Below are positions 53,461-62,487 of a stretch of 64,000 nt of DNA, one piece after another. Source of the DNA: Eubacteriales bacterium (GTDB lineage: Bacteria > Bacillota > Clostridia > Oscillospirales > CAG-272); assembly GCA_045586785.1 (NCBI GenBank), contig JAZNBA010000072.1:59197-123196 (forward strand), in the 5' to 3' direction. How positions within the stretch are numbered: position 1 is the first letter of the stretch; every line of letters begins with the position of its first letter. A model generated the notes under the pieces. It was not told where the DNA came from. It did not search any database and saw only the letters and a program-made list of their open reading frames with translations. A program made the translations under genes and the position numbers.

Positions 53461-55350
53461 ATGACAGGCGTTATTTATGCACGATATTCCTCGGACAACC
53501 AACGCGAAGAATCGATAGAAGGTCAGCTTCGTGAATGCACGGCGTTTGCACAAAAGAACGATATAACGATCATTGAGCATTATATAGACAGAGCATATTC
53601 TGCCAAGACAGACAACCGTCCCGAGTTTCAAAGAATGATACGCGAGAGCGCGCGGAAAGCATATGATGTGGTAATCGTATGGAAACTTGACAGATTTTCG
53701 AGAAACCGTTTCGACTCTGCAAAATACAAAGCTGCATTGAAAAAGAACAAGATTCGCGTTATTTCCGCCACAGAAGCGATCTCCGATGGAGCAGAAGGTA
53801 TTATTCTTGAATCCGTGTTGGAAGGCATGGCAGAATACTATTCAGCAGATCTTTCGGAAAAGGTTACAAGAGGTCATACTGAAAACGCCCTCAAATGTCA
53901 GTTCAACGGCAGTGTTGTTCCTTACGGATACGTTATCGACAAGGAGAAGCATTATCAACTTGATCCCGAGAAAGCACCTATCGTTCTTGAAATCTTCAAA
54001 CGATACACAAGCGGCGAAACGATTACCGCTATTACAAAAGATCTTAATGCAAGGGGACTAAGAACAGCTAAAGGAAATGAATTCAACAAGAACAGCCTTC
54101 ACCATATGTTGAAAAATCGTAATTATATCGGTGAATATCGCTACAAGGATTTCGTTACACCCGGTGGAGTGCCTGCTATAGTTCCCGAGGATATCTTCAA
54201 TCGCGCGGTTTCCCTTATGGAAAGCAACAAACACGCGCCTGCGCGTAAGAAAGCCAAAGAGGATTACCTGCTAACAACCAAGCTTTTCTGCGGGAATTGC
54301 CTTGCTATGATGATTGGCGAAAGTGGTCAGAAAAGCAACGGGAATATTTATCGTTATTACAAATGCGCGGGTGCCAAGAAGCACGTTTGCGATAAGAAAA
54401 CCGTTCGCAAAGAATGGATAGAGGATATCGCGTTACAGTTAACGATGAAGATATTGATGAGCGATGAGGACCTTCAAAAGATCGCTGATAGAATTATGGA
54501 GCTTCAAAAGACAGAAAACATGATGATACCTGTGTTGGAACGTCAATTAGAGGCTGTCCGCGCTTCTATCGATAATATTCTTAAAGCCATTGAGATGGGT
54601 GTTTGCACTCGTTCAACCAAAACGCGCCTCGAAGAACTTGAGACGGAGGAAGAACGGATTAAGGGCGATATTTGCCGTGAGCAGTTGGATTCCCGACTTG
54701 TCACCGAAGATCAGATTTGGTATATCTTTGATAAATTCCGCCAAATGGATTTATCAATGCCCAAGCAACGCCAACGTCTGCTTGACAGTTTTCTGCAATC
54801 AATCGTTCTTTTTGATGATAAACTTATTATCTCGTTTAATTATCGTAGTCAACCCGTTACCATTATGCTCGATCAGTTGGTCGATTTTATTAACGGAAGC
54901 GGTTCGGATTTGGTAAGCGCTGCTTCACCAAAACAAAACAGGAGCACTTTGTGCTCCTGTTTTGTTTTGGTGACCCATGTTCGTCAAGACAAGCCCGCAA
55001 AATGCGCAGCATTTTGCAAATTGGCGCTTTGCGCCAATTTTTTCGATAGCCGCAATAGCGGCGTCCCGTACGGGCAGGAGCACAAAGTGCTCCTGTTTTG
55101 TTTTGATAACCCAGTCACCGAAGAAGAACCACACGTTGCCCGCCGAAGCGGTCAACTTACCGAGTTTTGCTTCGCAAAACATCGCCTCAATTTGCGAAGC
55201 AATTTCACAGCGTGTGCGCAGGGAAGAAGAACGCGTGCAGAGAATAATGGCGCACACGGCGGTTCAGATTCCCGTACGTGTCAGATCTGTGTCACTGTCA
55301 CAATCCAAAGATACCGCCGAAAGAGACCAAACGGTCACTCTCGGCGGTAA
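53461..55350 (+). CDS. large serine recombinase (3' end uncertain)
   Basis: VIYARYSSDNQREESIEGQ catalytic Ser region, DRFSRN, recombinase domain, Cys-rich zinc ribbon (CGNC...CAGAKKHVC), coiled coil. Recognisable similarity ends near nt 54915. The remaining ~140 codons run through palindromes and the att remnant. Confidence 0.8.
   Translation: MTGVIYARYSSDNQREESIEGQLRECTAFAQKNDITIIEHYIDRAYSAKTDNRPEFQRMIRESARKAYDVVIVWKLDRFSRNRFDSAKYKAALKKNKIRVISATEAISDGAEGIILESVLEGMAEYYSADLSEKVTRGHTENALKCQFNGSVVPYGYVIDKEKHYQLDPEKAPIVLEIFKRYTSGETITAITKDLNARGLRTAKGNEFNKNSLHHMLKNRNYIGEYRYKDFVTPGGVPAIVPEDIFNRAVSLMESNKHAPARKKAKEDYLLTTKLFCGNCLAMMIGESGQKSNGNIYRYYKCAGAKKHVCDKKTVRKEWIEDIALQLTMKILMSDEDLQKIADRIMELQKTENMMIPVLERQLEAVRASIDNILKAIEMGVCTRSTKTRLEELETEEERIKGDICREQLDSRLVTEDQIWYIFDKFRQMDLSMPKQRQRLLDSFLQSIVLFDDKLIISFNYRSQPVTIMLDQLVDFINGSGSDLVSAASPKQNRSTLCSCFVLVTHVRQDKPAKCAAFCKLALCANFFDSRNSGVPYGQEHKVLLFCFDNPVTEEEPHVARRSGQLTEFCFAKHRLNLRSNFTACAQGRRTRAENNGAHGGSDSRTCQICVTVTIQRYRRKRPNGHSRR
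54926..54972. repeat. perfect 22-bp-stem hairpin (47 nt)
   Basis: CACCAAAACAAAACAGGAGCAC-TTT-GTGCTCCTGTTTTGTTTTGGTG. Confidence 0.95.
54939..54977 (+). repeat. 39-nt direct repeat, copy 1
   Basis: CAGGAGCAC-TTT-GTGCTCCTGTTTTGTTTTGGTGACCCA. Confidence 0.85.
55075..55113 (+). repeat. 39-nt direct repeat, copy 2
   Basis: CAGGAGCAC-AAA-GTGCTCCTGTTTTGTTTTGATAACCCA. The loop is inverted and there are 2 mismatches. Confidence 0.85.
55255..55283 (+). repeat. attR-side remnant of the tRNA-Glu 3' half
   Basis: CACGGCGGTTCAGATTCCCGTACGTGTCA. The ungapped core GATTCCCGTACG(G/T)GTCA matches tRNA-Glu at 16/17. With a 9-nt gap, 27 of 29 nt align. Confidence 0.75.
55313..55348 (-). terminator. terminator of the ECF sigma operon
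   Basis: ACCGCCGA...TCGGCGGT stem with a T-run on the minus strand. Confidence 0.55.
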
Positions 55351-55356
55351 AACTGT

Positions 55357-56202
55357 TTATTCATAATCGCCCGGGTTTTCAGCGAATTTTTCCGCATCCT
55401 GTGCGTAATAATAGTCGTTTGCTGCCTCATTTGATGCATTGACTCTCTCTACCAATCCTTCTTCGTAGATGTCGGAATAAAGAAAATCCATTACTTCAAC
55501 TCGCCCGTATTTATAAAGACTTCCCTCGGTTTGGGGATATTCGAGAACGCAATCAATGGCGTAGAATCCAACTCCCGCACTGTCAAAGCATTTGCGTACT
55601 TCAAGAAGCATCTTTGCTAAACGATCTGCCGATACGGTATTATCGGCTATATACACGGTTAATTTTCCTGATTTTGATCCAAGCTCGTTTACATTGTAAT
55701 AGGCATCAAGTGTCAGCTCATCAGTTATGAGGGCATATTCCGGATAGTCTAATGCATCCTTGAACTCCATGGGAACAAATATAAGCTCACCGTATCCGAT
55801 ATGCGCGTTATATGGAAAAGCATTACTGTCAAATATGGTATCAACCGCTTTGCGATAATCTGCGCCGAGTCTGTCTGCGGTATTCCAGCCGTTTGTTACG
55901 CTGTTGTCATAATCATCATCCTGCAGCTTGCCAAATCCATTGATCAAAAGTGTAAAATGGGTGTCAATGCTGCTCGGAGATGATATATAAGCGTGATAAT
56001 AACAGTCTTTAAAGCTGTAGGTTACTCGTTCAAGCTCATAGTCTTTGTCGCCATACGTTTCTTTGATATATTTTTCGGCGGTATTTTGTGCCAATGCTTT
56101 GGATATAGGATTGCCGATAAGCGAGTTGGCAAACATACATACGCCTACGATCAGAGCAGCTGCTAAAATAAAGGCAGCTATTTTTAATATTTTTTTCTTC
56201 AT
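55357..56202 (-). CDS. membrane-anchored hypothetical protein (third gene of the ECF sigma operon)
   Basis: Start at MKKKILKIAAFILAAALIV. ATGA overlap with the anti-sigma stop. Confidence 0.6.
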   Translation of the reverse strand: MKKKILKIAAFILAAALIVGVCMFANSLIGNPISKALAQNTAEKYIKETYGDKDYELERVTYSFKDCYYHAYISSPSSIDTHFTLLINGFGKLQDDDYDNSVTNGWNTADRLGADYRKAVDTIFDSNAFPYNAHIGYGELIFVPMEFKDALDYPEYALITDELTLDAYYNVNELGSKSGKLTVYIADNTVSADRLAKMLLEVRKCFDSAGVGFYAIDCVLEYPQTEGSLYKYGRVEVMDFLYSDIYEEGLVERVNASNEAANDYYYAQDAEKFAENPGDYE

Positions 56203-56753
56203 TTGTTGTTCTCCTTTCTGAATGCAAAATGCAAAAGAAATGCGATTGCAATGCCTACAAGTACAAATATGCTGTAGATCAATGTCCACATAAGGGCAGA
56301 GTAAAAATCAAGCTCAACTAACTTGAACAGGCAAATAAACATATCAATAATCAAAAGAAGTATGGGCATCTTGTATATTGCTTTCCATCGGAATACGTAA
56401 TATCCGAATATGCCGACAACAGGCATAATCAAGCTGTTATACATCAGATTTTCTCCGCCCGTCCATCCAAATCCAAGAAAGATCAAAAATATTAGAGCTG
56501 AATAGGCGATCGAATAAAATTGTCTGTTCATTCGCTTCATCATTTTCTTGAAAGGCTTTGCGCTATCAGCGCTCGGCGCAGGGGTGTTTTCAATTGCCGT
56601 AAGACCTGCGCCATCTTTCAAATTTGTAAGTTCGACTTGACATTCGGAACAGTTTTCCAAATGCTTGCTTATATAATGTGCCGTTTGCTCGCTCACCATA
56701 TTCTCAACGTAAAGCGGAAGCAGGTCTCTGACAATGCTGCAATCATTTTTCAC
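56199..56753 (-). CDS. anti-sigma factor (zf-HC2 type) with transmembrane C-terminus
   Basis: GTG start at 56753. ...HLENCSECQ H-x3-C-x2-C zinc motif and 4 TM helices. 11-nt overlap with the sigma gene. Confidence 0.7.
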   Translation of the reverse strand: MKNDCSIVRDLLPLYVENMVSEQTAHYISKHLENCSECQVELTNLKDGAGLTAIENTPAPSADSAKPFKKMMKRMNRQFYSIAYSALIFLIFLGFGWTGGENLMYNSLIMPVVGIFGYYVFRWKAIYKMPILLLIIDMFICLFKLVELDFYSALMWTLIYSIFVLVGIAIAFLLHFAFRKENNK

Positions 56754-57246
56754 GGTTTTCTTCCTCCAATCTTTGTTTAATAATTTTTCGCGCTCGATGA
56801 TAGGTGACACAAGCCCAATTTTCGGTCTTGCCGAAGATATCGGCGATCTGCTTGAATGAGAGCTCTGCATATACTCGCCACATAAAAACTTCCTTGTACG
56901 GCTCGCTCACATCGTGCAGTATTTTTTGTATGCGCTCTATCTCATCTCGCTTAGCATATTCGTCAGCCACGCCCGGGGACCGATCGGGTATCTCCAGCAT
57001 TTCGGCTTTGTCAATGTGTTCCGTTCTGTTGCTTTTTTTTATGTATGAATAATAGCAGTTTTTGGCTATTTGACACAGCCAGACGCGCACGTCGCAATCA
57101 CCGCGAAAGCTATCGATGGACTTCATAGCTTTGAAAAAGGTATCGCTTGTTATTTCTTCGGCAATATGCTCGTTGCCCGAAAGCCGCAGAATATACAAAT
57201 AAACATCGTTGAAATATGTGGTGTACAGTTGCTCAAAATCCGTCAC
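56743..57246 (-). CDS. ECF-type RNA polymerase sigma factor
   Basis: 167 aa. GTG start after GGAGGTG. Region 2 (DVYLYILRLSGNEHIAEEITSDTFFKA) and region 4 (EVFMWRVYAELSFKQIADIFGKTENWACVTYHRARKII). Confidence 0.85.
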   Translation of the reverse strand: MTDFEQLYTTYFNDVYLYILRLSGNEHIAEEITSDTFFKAMKSIDSFRGDCDVRVWLCQIAKNCYYSYIKKSNRTEHIDKAEMLEIPDRSPGVADEYAKRDEIERIQKILHDVSEPYKEVFMWRVYAELSFKQIADIFGKTENWACVTYHRARKIIKQRLEEENREK

Positions 57247-57344
57247 TCTATCACCTCCTTCACCTATAAGACTCCGAAGAAAAGAAAATCTTACAAACTT
57301 TTTTATAATTATATCATATTTTTTTTAAAATTGCGTGAAAACAC

Positions 57345-57376
57345 GAAAAAAGGTGCCGCATAACGCAACACCTTTG
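57345..57376 (-). terminator. terminator of the radical SAM operon
   Basis: AAGGTG..GCG..CACCTT hairpin followed by a T-run on the minus strand. Confidence 0.6.
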
Positions 57377-57392
57377 GCTGATTGAGGTTGTA

Positions 57393-58457
57393 TTACAGTA
57401 ATCCGCACTCAAAAAAAGCATTTTTAGTATCCGGTGCCTTGTAAGCTTGTTCGCTCCAGGGAAACCTTATTTCGTACAGCTTTGTTTCAAAGCTGATGCT
57501 GGGCAGCTTGTCAAGCATTGGCGCGGCAAAGTGATCCCGCGGCAGACCTATAACAAACATACCGTATCTTTTGGCGATCTCGCGCTTGATCTCGTTGAGA
57601 AAAACGCGGTAATAATATTCGCTGTCGTCTTGGCATATGAAAAACGCAAGCATCGGGAACTCAAGCGGTTTATTTTGCTTTGGAAGCTTGATATAGCCAA
57701 GCGCGGACAGCAAGGGATTGAAAACACGCGCGAGCTTCATGATGCTTCCGTACCTTTTTACAATATACTGCTTATAATCTGTTTGGTTCCAGAGAGCGGC
57801 GGCGGCGACGATGCTTGCGCCGTCTTTGAGCAGATAAAAGTCTTGTGTCTTGAGGCCATGAAACTGCTCGATAGAACGGACAACAGGGAACATATCTCTT
57901 TTTTTGCCCTCGGCATTCAAAAAATCGATAAGTTCTACGGTGTCGTCTTGCGTTGCCCGGCGGAACGTAAGGCTGTTCTTGGGTGTTTTTATTTTGACAG
58001 CAGGATTTATGATATATGTTTTGTATCCGGATATAGGGGTCATGGAGATCACTCGGCGGCTGCTTTCAAACATTTTCTGTGCGTCAACATTGTCGGACAC
58101 AACAGAGCAGTAATAAAAGTCAACTCCGTCCTGCTGCAGGTCGCGTATAAAGCCGGCGCCAAATCCAACGCCGCCCTCATATGCCGCATCCTTTTTAAGA
58201 CCGCATACGTATGCCGCGCGGCACGCTTCGCCGCCGATATATACCTCTCGCACAATCTTAGCGCAGGTGCCTACAGTCCTGCCTTGCTTTTTTGAAACAA
58301 AGACCGTAGTCTGTCCGTCCTCTTTCATATAAGATTCATACGCATCGGGGCGGCGTGTGTATATCAGCTCTATTTGCCCTTTGGCGGCAGAGCTTTCGAG
58401 TATGCGCAGTATTTCTGCACCGTCCTCTTGTGTGGCGTGATATTTTGACGTGATCAT
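57393..58457 (-). CDS. two-lobed GNAT-fold-like acyltransferase candidate (function unknown)
   Basis: 354 aa. Size and alternating beta/alpha pattern suggest a tandem GNAT. ATGA overlap with the upstream radical SAM gene. Weak call. Confidence 0.35.
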   Translation of the reverse strand: MITSKYHATQEDGAEILRILESSAAKGQIELIYTRRPDAYESYMKEDGQTTVFVSKKQGRTVGTCAKIVREVYIGGEACRAAYVCGLKKDAAYEGGVGFGAGFIRDLQQDGVDFYYCSVVSDNVDAQKMFESSRRVISMTPISGYKTYIINPAVKIKTPKNSLTFRRATQDDTVELIDFLNAEGKKRDMFPVVRSIEQFHGLKTQDFYLLKDGASIVAAAALWNQTDYKQYIVKRYGSIMKLARVFNPLLSALGYIKLPKQNKPLEFPMLAFFICQDDSEYYYRVFLNEIKREIAKRYGMFVIGLPRDHFAAPMLDKLPSISFETKLYEIRFPWSEQAYKAPDTKNAFFECGLL

Positions 58458-59794
58458 TTTTTGTTTTCTTCGAGGTTTTCGCCTATGGGTATGCCGGCAC
58501 GTTTGTCAACTTCAAAGTGAAAAAGGATGTTTATGAACCAATATGCCAGATTTATCATAAAACGGCGGGAGCGCTTAAACATAGTTCTTCCGCGCTTGAA
58601 GATAGAACCGAAACGGAAAAATTCTTTTTTGTATTGCTTACAGAAGATACGCAGCGATTCAGGGGTCAACTGTTTGGGCGTGAAGGTGATGGTACCGAAG
58701 GTGTAGCCGCTCTCAAGCCACCAGTTTTCCGAAATAAGGCGTTCGTCTGCCTTGAAGGCGTCATATGTCTTGGTGTTAGGGAAGATCAGAAGGTGGTTGA
58801 ACGCTACGACAAAGAATTGATGCTTTTGGCAAAATTCAAGTGTTGCCTTGAAGGTGTCCTCGTTGTCAGAGTCAAAACCGAAAACAAAACTTGCGTAAAT
58901 GCCGATACCTGCGTCATGTATCTTGCTGATAAGTGCGTCTCGCTCGCCGAGGCGTTCCGTCCAGCCCTTGTTCATCTGTTTCAGGTTGTCACTCTCAATA
59001 GATTCAAAGCCGATGAGCACCATTTCACAGCCGCTTTCTTTCATAAGACGCAGCATTTCTTCATCTCTGGCGATGTCAAGCGTGATCTGGGTCGTCCATA
59101 TGATGTTGATCTTTTTCAGCTCCCGGAAAAGCTCACGCGCAAATGCCTTGTCCGAGAATATGCTGTCGTCCACAAAGAAAAATATCTTGTGGTTACAAGC
59201 CTTGATCTCGGCGATAATGTCCGAAACCTCGCGGTGTATGTAGTGCTGATGATAATAGCCCGCAATGGAGCAAAACTCGCAGTTGTGATAACAGCCGCGC
59301 CCCGTTTCCACAAGAGATACGGGAAGATACTTTTTTATTTTATCGGCGTAAATGCTTCTGTCCGGCATTTTGTAAGCAATGCAAGCACCGCCGTCATAAC
59401 GCTTTTTTAAAGTGTCTGACTCAAGGTCGGCAAGCACTGAGGCGATGAGGCGATCGGCATTGCCCACCATAATGGAGTCGGCATGTTCCATTGCTTCTTC
59501 GGGACAGAGCGTGACGTGATAGCCGCCCATAATGACTTTTTTACCGCGCTTCTGAAATTCCGACGCGATAAAATAAGCTCGCTTGGCGGTGTATGTTTCC
59601 ACTGTTATAAAAACAATATCTGTTTCAGTGTCATAATTGATGCGTTCGATTCTGTCGTCATAAAACTCTCGCTCAAACTTATCGGGGATCATGGAGTTGA
59701 GTACAGCGATGGTGAGCGGCTCCATAAGCCAGCTTCGCAGGTATTTTTGTCCCGCCTTTTTGCCGATCGCGGGAAGTATAAAGGTTATTTTCAT
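58454..59794 (-). CDS. B12-binding domain radical SAM protein (paralog 1)
   Basis: 446 aa. N-terminal Rossmann-like B12 domain (VIMGGYHVTLCPEE), GCYHNCEFC cluster motif, C-terminal helical (DUF4070-like) tail. Confidence 0.8.
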   Translation of the reverse strand: MKITFILPAIGKKAGQKYLRSWLMEPLTIAVLNSMIPDKFEREFYDDRIERINYDTETDIVFITVETYTAKRAYFIASEFQKRGKKVIMGGYHVTLCPEEAMEHADSIMVGNADRLIASVLADLESDTLKKRYDGGACIAYKMPDRSIYADKIKKYLPVSLVETGRGCYHNCEFCSIAGYYHQHYIHREVSDIIAEIKACNHKIFFFVDDSIFSDKAFARELFRELKKINIIWTTQITLDIARDEEMLRLMKESGCEMVLIGFESIESDNLKQMNKGWTERLGERDALISKIHDAGIGIYASFVFGFDSDNEDTFKATLEFCQKHQFFVVAFNHLLIFPNTKTYDAFKADERLISENWWLESGYTFGTITFTPKQLTPESLRIFCKQYKKEFFRFGSIFKRGRTMFKRSRRFMINLAYWFINILFHFEVDKRAGIPIGENLEENKK

Positions 59795-61149
59795 TCAATT
59801 TCTCCTTCGTCCTTTTCCCGACAGCCGAAGGTCATTCCTTGTTTTTCGAACACCTCTCTGCGGAATACGGGATTGTAGATTATATATGTGAAAAAACGAA
59901 TCGGATTGCGTAAATTGGTTCGTGGCTCAAACAGTCGATATATTACCGACGAGATGCTGTTAAAATGTTTTCTGCAGTAATATGCCGCTTCGGTAAGCTG
60001 GGGGGCGGTCATGTTGGACGGCACGAATGCGGCGTAATTGAAGCGGTATTCGGGATGCAACCACCATTTTCCGTCGTAAAGCAAACGTCCCTCTGCCGCC
60101 AGTTGATCATAGAGCGCCGTTCCGGGGTAGGGCATCAGAATGTTGTATGCCGAGAAACAGAATTTGTTTTTCAGCGCAAACTTATAGGTTGCTTTGATGC
60201 TTTCGGGTGTATCGGTGTCATGTCCTACGGTGAATGCAGCCCATGTTTGCAGTCCGTATTTTCTCAGCTTTTTTATGGCGTCCTTATACTGATCCTGCAC
60301 AAATTTTTTGTTTACGCCCTTGCCCATGGTATTTATGCTGTCCGCTCTGATAGATTCAAATCCTATGACATGTCCCAAGCATCCGCTTTTGACCATAAGT
60401 TTCATTAGTTCATCGTCTTCCAGCATATCGATACTGCCTTGACTTACCCATTTTATTTTTAGCGGTATCAGTCTTTTAAACAGCTCTTTGGCCTTTTGCT
60501 TGTTTCCGACAATATTGTCATCAACAAAAAATATCAGCTTTCTTTTCTGGCTGCGTATTTCGCTGATCACCTCGTCTATATCACGGCAAAAATGCTTTTG
60601 CTTGAAATAAACACTTGAGGCGCAGTATTTGCAGCTGTAACGGCAGCCGCGGCTGAACTGCATGAGTGTTATCGGCATATATTTTTTGCCTTCAAATATA
60701 TCTCGGCGTGTTATTACGCCTTTTTGCGGAATCAAGACAGGATCGCAATGATATTCCGATTTCAGCTTGCCTTGGCGGACATCCTCGATCATCTCGCCCC
60801 ATTTATCCTCGGCATCACCTATCATGATGCTGTCGCAGTGTTGCTTTACTTCCTCGGGAATAAGCGTAACATGCATTCCGCCCATTATGACCTGTCTGCC
60901 GCGCTTTCTGTATTCTTCGCTTATTTCATACGCGCGTCGAGCTGTAAAAGTCTCTACCGTGATGGCAACAAGATCGGTCGGTTCGTCGTAGGGGATAGAC
61001 TCCAATCTGTCATCATACATTACGACGTCTACATCGGACGGCGTGAGTGCGGCAAGTATTCCAAGCTGTAACGGCTCCATGCTGGCATTGTCAACATAAA
61101 GACTGTGCTCACGTCTTCCTATATTTGGCTTTATCAGTGTTATCTTCAT
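59791..61149 (-). CDS. B12-binding domain radical SAM protein (paralog 2)
   Basis: Start at MKITLIKPNIG (ATGA overlap with paralog 3 stop). VIMGGMHVTLIPEE and GCRYSCKYC. Confidence 0.8.
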   Translation of the reverse strand: MKITLIKPNIGRREHSLYVDNASMEPLQLGILAALTPSDVDVVMYDDRLESIPYDEPTDLVAITVETFTARRAYEISEEYRKRGRQVIMGGMHVTLIPEEVKQHCDSIMIGDAEDKWGEMIEDVRQGKLKSEYHCDPVLIPQKGVITRRDIFEGKKYMPITLMQFSRGCRYSCKYCASSVYFKQKHFCRDIDEVISEIRSQKRKLIFFVDDNIVGNKQKAKELFKRLIPLKIKWVSQGSIDMLEDDELMKLMVKSGCLGHVIGFESIRADSINTMGKGVNKKFVQDQYKDAIKKLRKYGLQTWAAFTVGHDTDTPESIKATYKFALKNKFCFSAYNILMPYPGTALYDQLAAEGRLLYDGKWWLHPEYRFNYAAFVPSNMTAPQLTEAAYYCRKHFNSISSVIYRLFEPRTNLRNPIRFFTYIIYNPVFRREVFEKQGMTFGCREKDEGEIE

Positions 61150-62486
61150 GATGTGGCTCCCGTGCATTTTTGATCGTTGTGATCTTCACCGCCAAGCACC
61201 TTGTCCTGCTTGCGATGAATCTCTTTTCTTGAAATAAGATTAAGTGCTAAAAACATAATGGCGTTAAATGGGGACAGATGAATTCGGTTGCCAAAAAGAC
61301 GCTTGAAAATATTTTTATACGAATTAAAGCTGAAGCGCGCGTTTTTGCATCCTCCATAAAGATCGCGGGGTGTCATATTTTCGGGATAAAACACCGTGTC
61401 TCCGTATCTGTAGCCCGGCTCCAGCCACCATTTTTCATAGATGAGCTTGTTTTGCGCTTTAAGCCTTTCGTATAGCGCAGTGTCGGGAAAGGGAATAAGA
61501 GGATTGAAGTTTGCCACCGCAAAATTATGCTTCAATGCGAATTCCAGCGTTTCGTCTATTGAGCGGCGCGTGTCGTGATCATAGCCAAGCACAAAGGTGG
61601 CGTAGATCATAAGACCGTGACGGTATATATTTTGTATCGCTTTTTCATATGTCTCAATGCGCAAATTGGCGCGTTTGTTCATAAGCTTGAGATTATCGGG
61701 ATCTAAGGATTCAAAGCCTATCAGAACAAGAACACAGCCGCTTTTTTTCATAGCTGTCAGAAGGGTATCGTTCATCGCTACGTCCATGCTTATCTGACAC
61801 GCCCACTTCTTTTTGAGCGGTCTTATGGCATCAAACAAAGCAAGCGCCGAGGCTTCATTCAAAAAAATGTTGTCGTCAATGAAAAACAGTATTTTTTCTT
61901 TTATTCCGCGTATTTCTTCAACGACGGTCTGTATGTCCTTTTGACGCACACCGCATTTGTAAAATTGACTTATCGAGCAAAAATCACAGTGAAATTTGCA
62001 TCCTCTTGAAAACTGAACAAGTCCGATGGCGTTATATTTTTTGCCGCGGAAGGCGGGGCTGTTAAAATCAAGACGCAGAAGAGACTGCTTGTGCGACGAC
62101 ATGTATTTTCGTTTTGGAGCAGATTGCTTCAAGTCCGCGAGATACTCGGGCCACGTATCCTCGGCGTCGCCGATCAGCACGGTATCGCAGTGCTCCAACG
62201 CTTCCTCAGGCAATGCCGTTGGGTGAAATCCGCCCATTACAATTTGGTTGTTGGGAGTCTTATACTTCTTCGCCAGGTCATATGCGTGCTTGGCGGCAAA
62301 TGTTTCGACTGACAGCGCGATCACGTCCGAGTCAATGATATCGGGCAGTGTCTCAATGCGCTCGTCAAAGTATTCTACGGTTACATCCGAGGGGGTGACA
62401 GCATGAAATACCGCAAAGATCAGCGGTTTCATTGCGTCACTTCCTTTGCCCTCGAGCATACTGACTTTAATTAACGTAACTTTCAT
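61146..62486 (-). CDS. B12-binding domain radical SAM protein (paralog 3)
   Basis: 446 aa. IVMGGFHPTALPEE and GCKFHCDFC. Confidence 0.8.
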   Translation of the reverse strand: MKVTLIKVSMLEGKGSDAMKPLIFAVFHAVTPSDVTVEYFDERIETLPDIIDSDVIALSVETFAAKHAYDLAKKYKTPNNQIVMGGFHPTALPEEALEHCDTVLIGDAEDTWPEYLADLKQSAPKRKYMSSHKQSLLRLDFNSPAFRGKKYNAIGLVQFSRGCKFHCDFCSISQFYKCGVRQKDIQTVVEEIRGIKEKILFFIDDNIFLNEASALALFDAIRPLKKKWACQISMDVAMNDTLLTAMKKSGCVLVLIGFESLDPDNLKLMNKRANLRIETYEKAIQNIYRHGLMIYATFVLGYDHDTRRSIDETLEFALKHNFAVANFNPLIPFPDTALYERLKAQNKLIYEKWWLEPGYRYGDTVFYPENMTPRDLYGGCKNARFSFNSYKNIFKRLFGNRIHLSPFNAIMFLALNLISRKEIHRKQDKVLGGEDHNDQKCTGATS

Positions 62487-62487
62487 T

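Larger units (their letters stand above)
29752..55283. mobile_element. tRNA-Glu-associated mobilisable genomic island (about 25.5 kb, mosaic)
   Basis: Bounded by tRNA-Glu and a decayed tRNA-Glu 3'-half repeat. Contains a relaxase, MobC, ParB-like proteins, TnpV, a tyrosine integrase and a serine recombinase. Composition is visibly more AT-rich than the flanks. Confidence 0.8.

Noticed and set aside
29752-55283. Island as a prophage
   Set aside because: There are no terminase, portal, capsid, tail or lysis genes. A relaxase, MobC and ParB-like genes point to a mobilisable integrative element instead.
54925-55366. ORFs 54977-55366 (+) and 54925-55257 (-) as genes
   Set aside because: They lie in stop-poor palindromic DNA where all frames are open. 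Their translations are Cys/Arg-rich and not protein-like, and they cross the att remnant.
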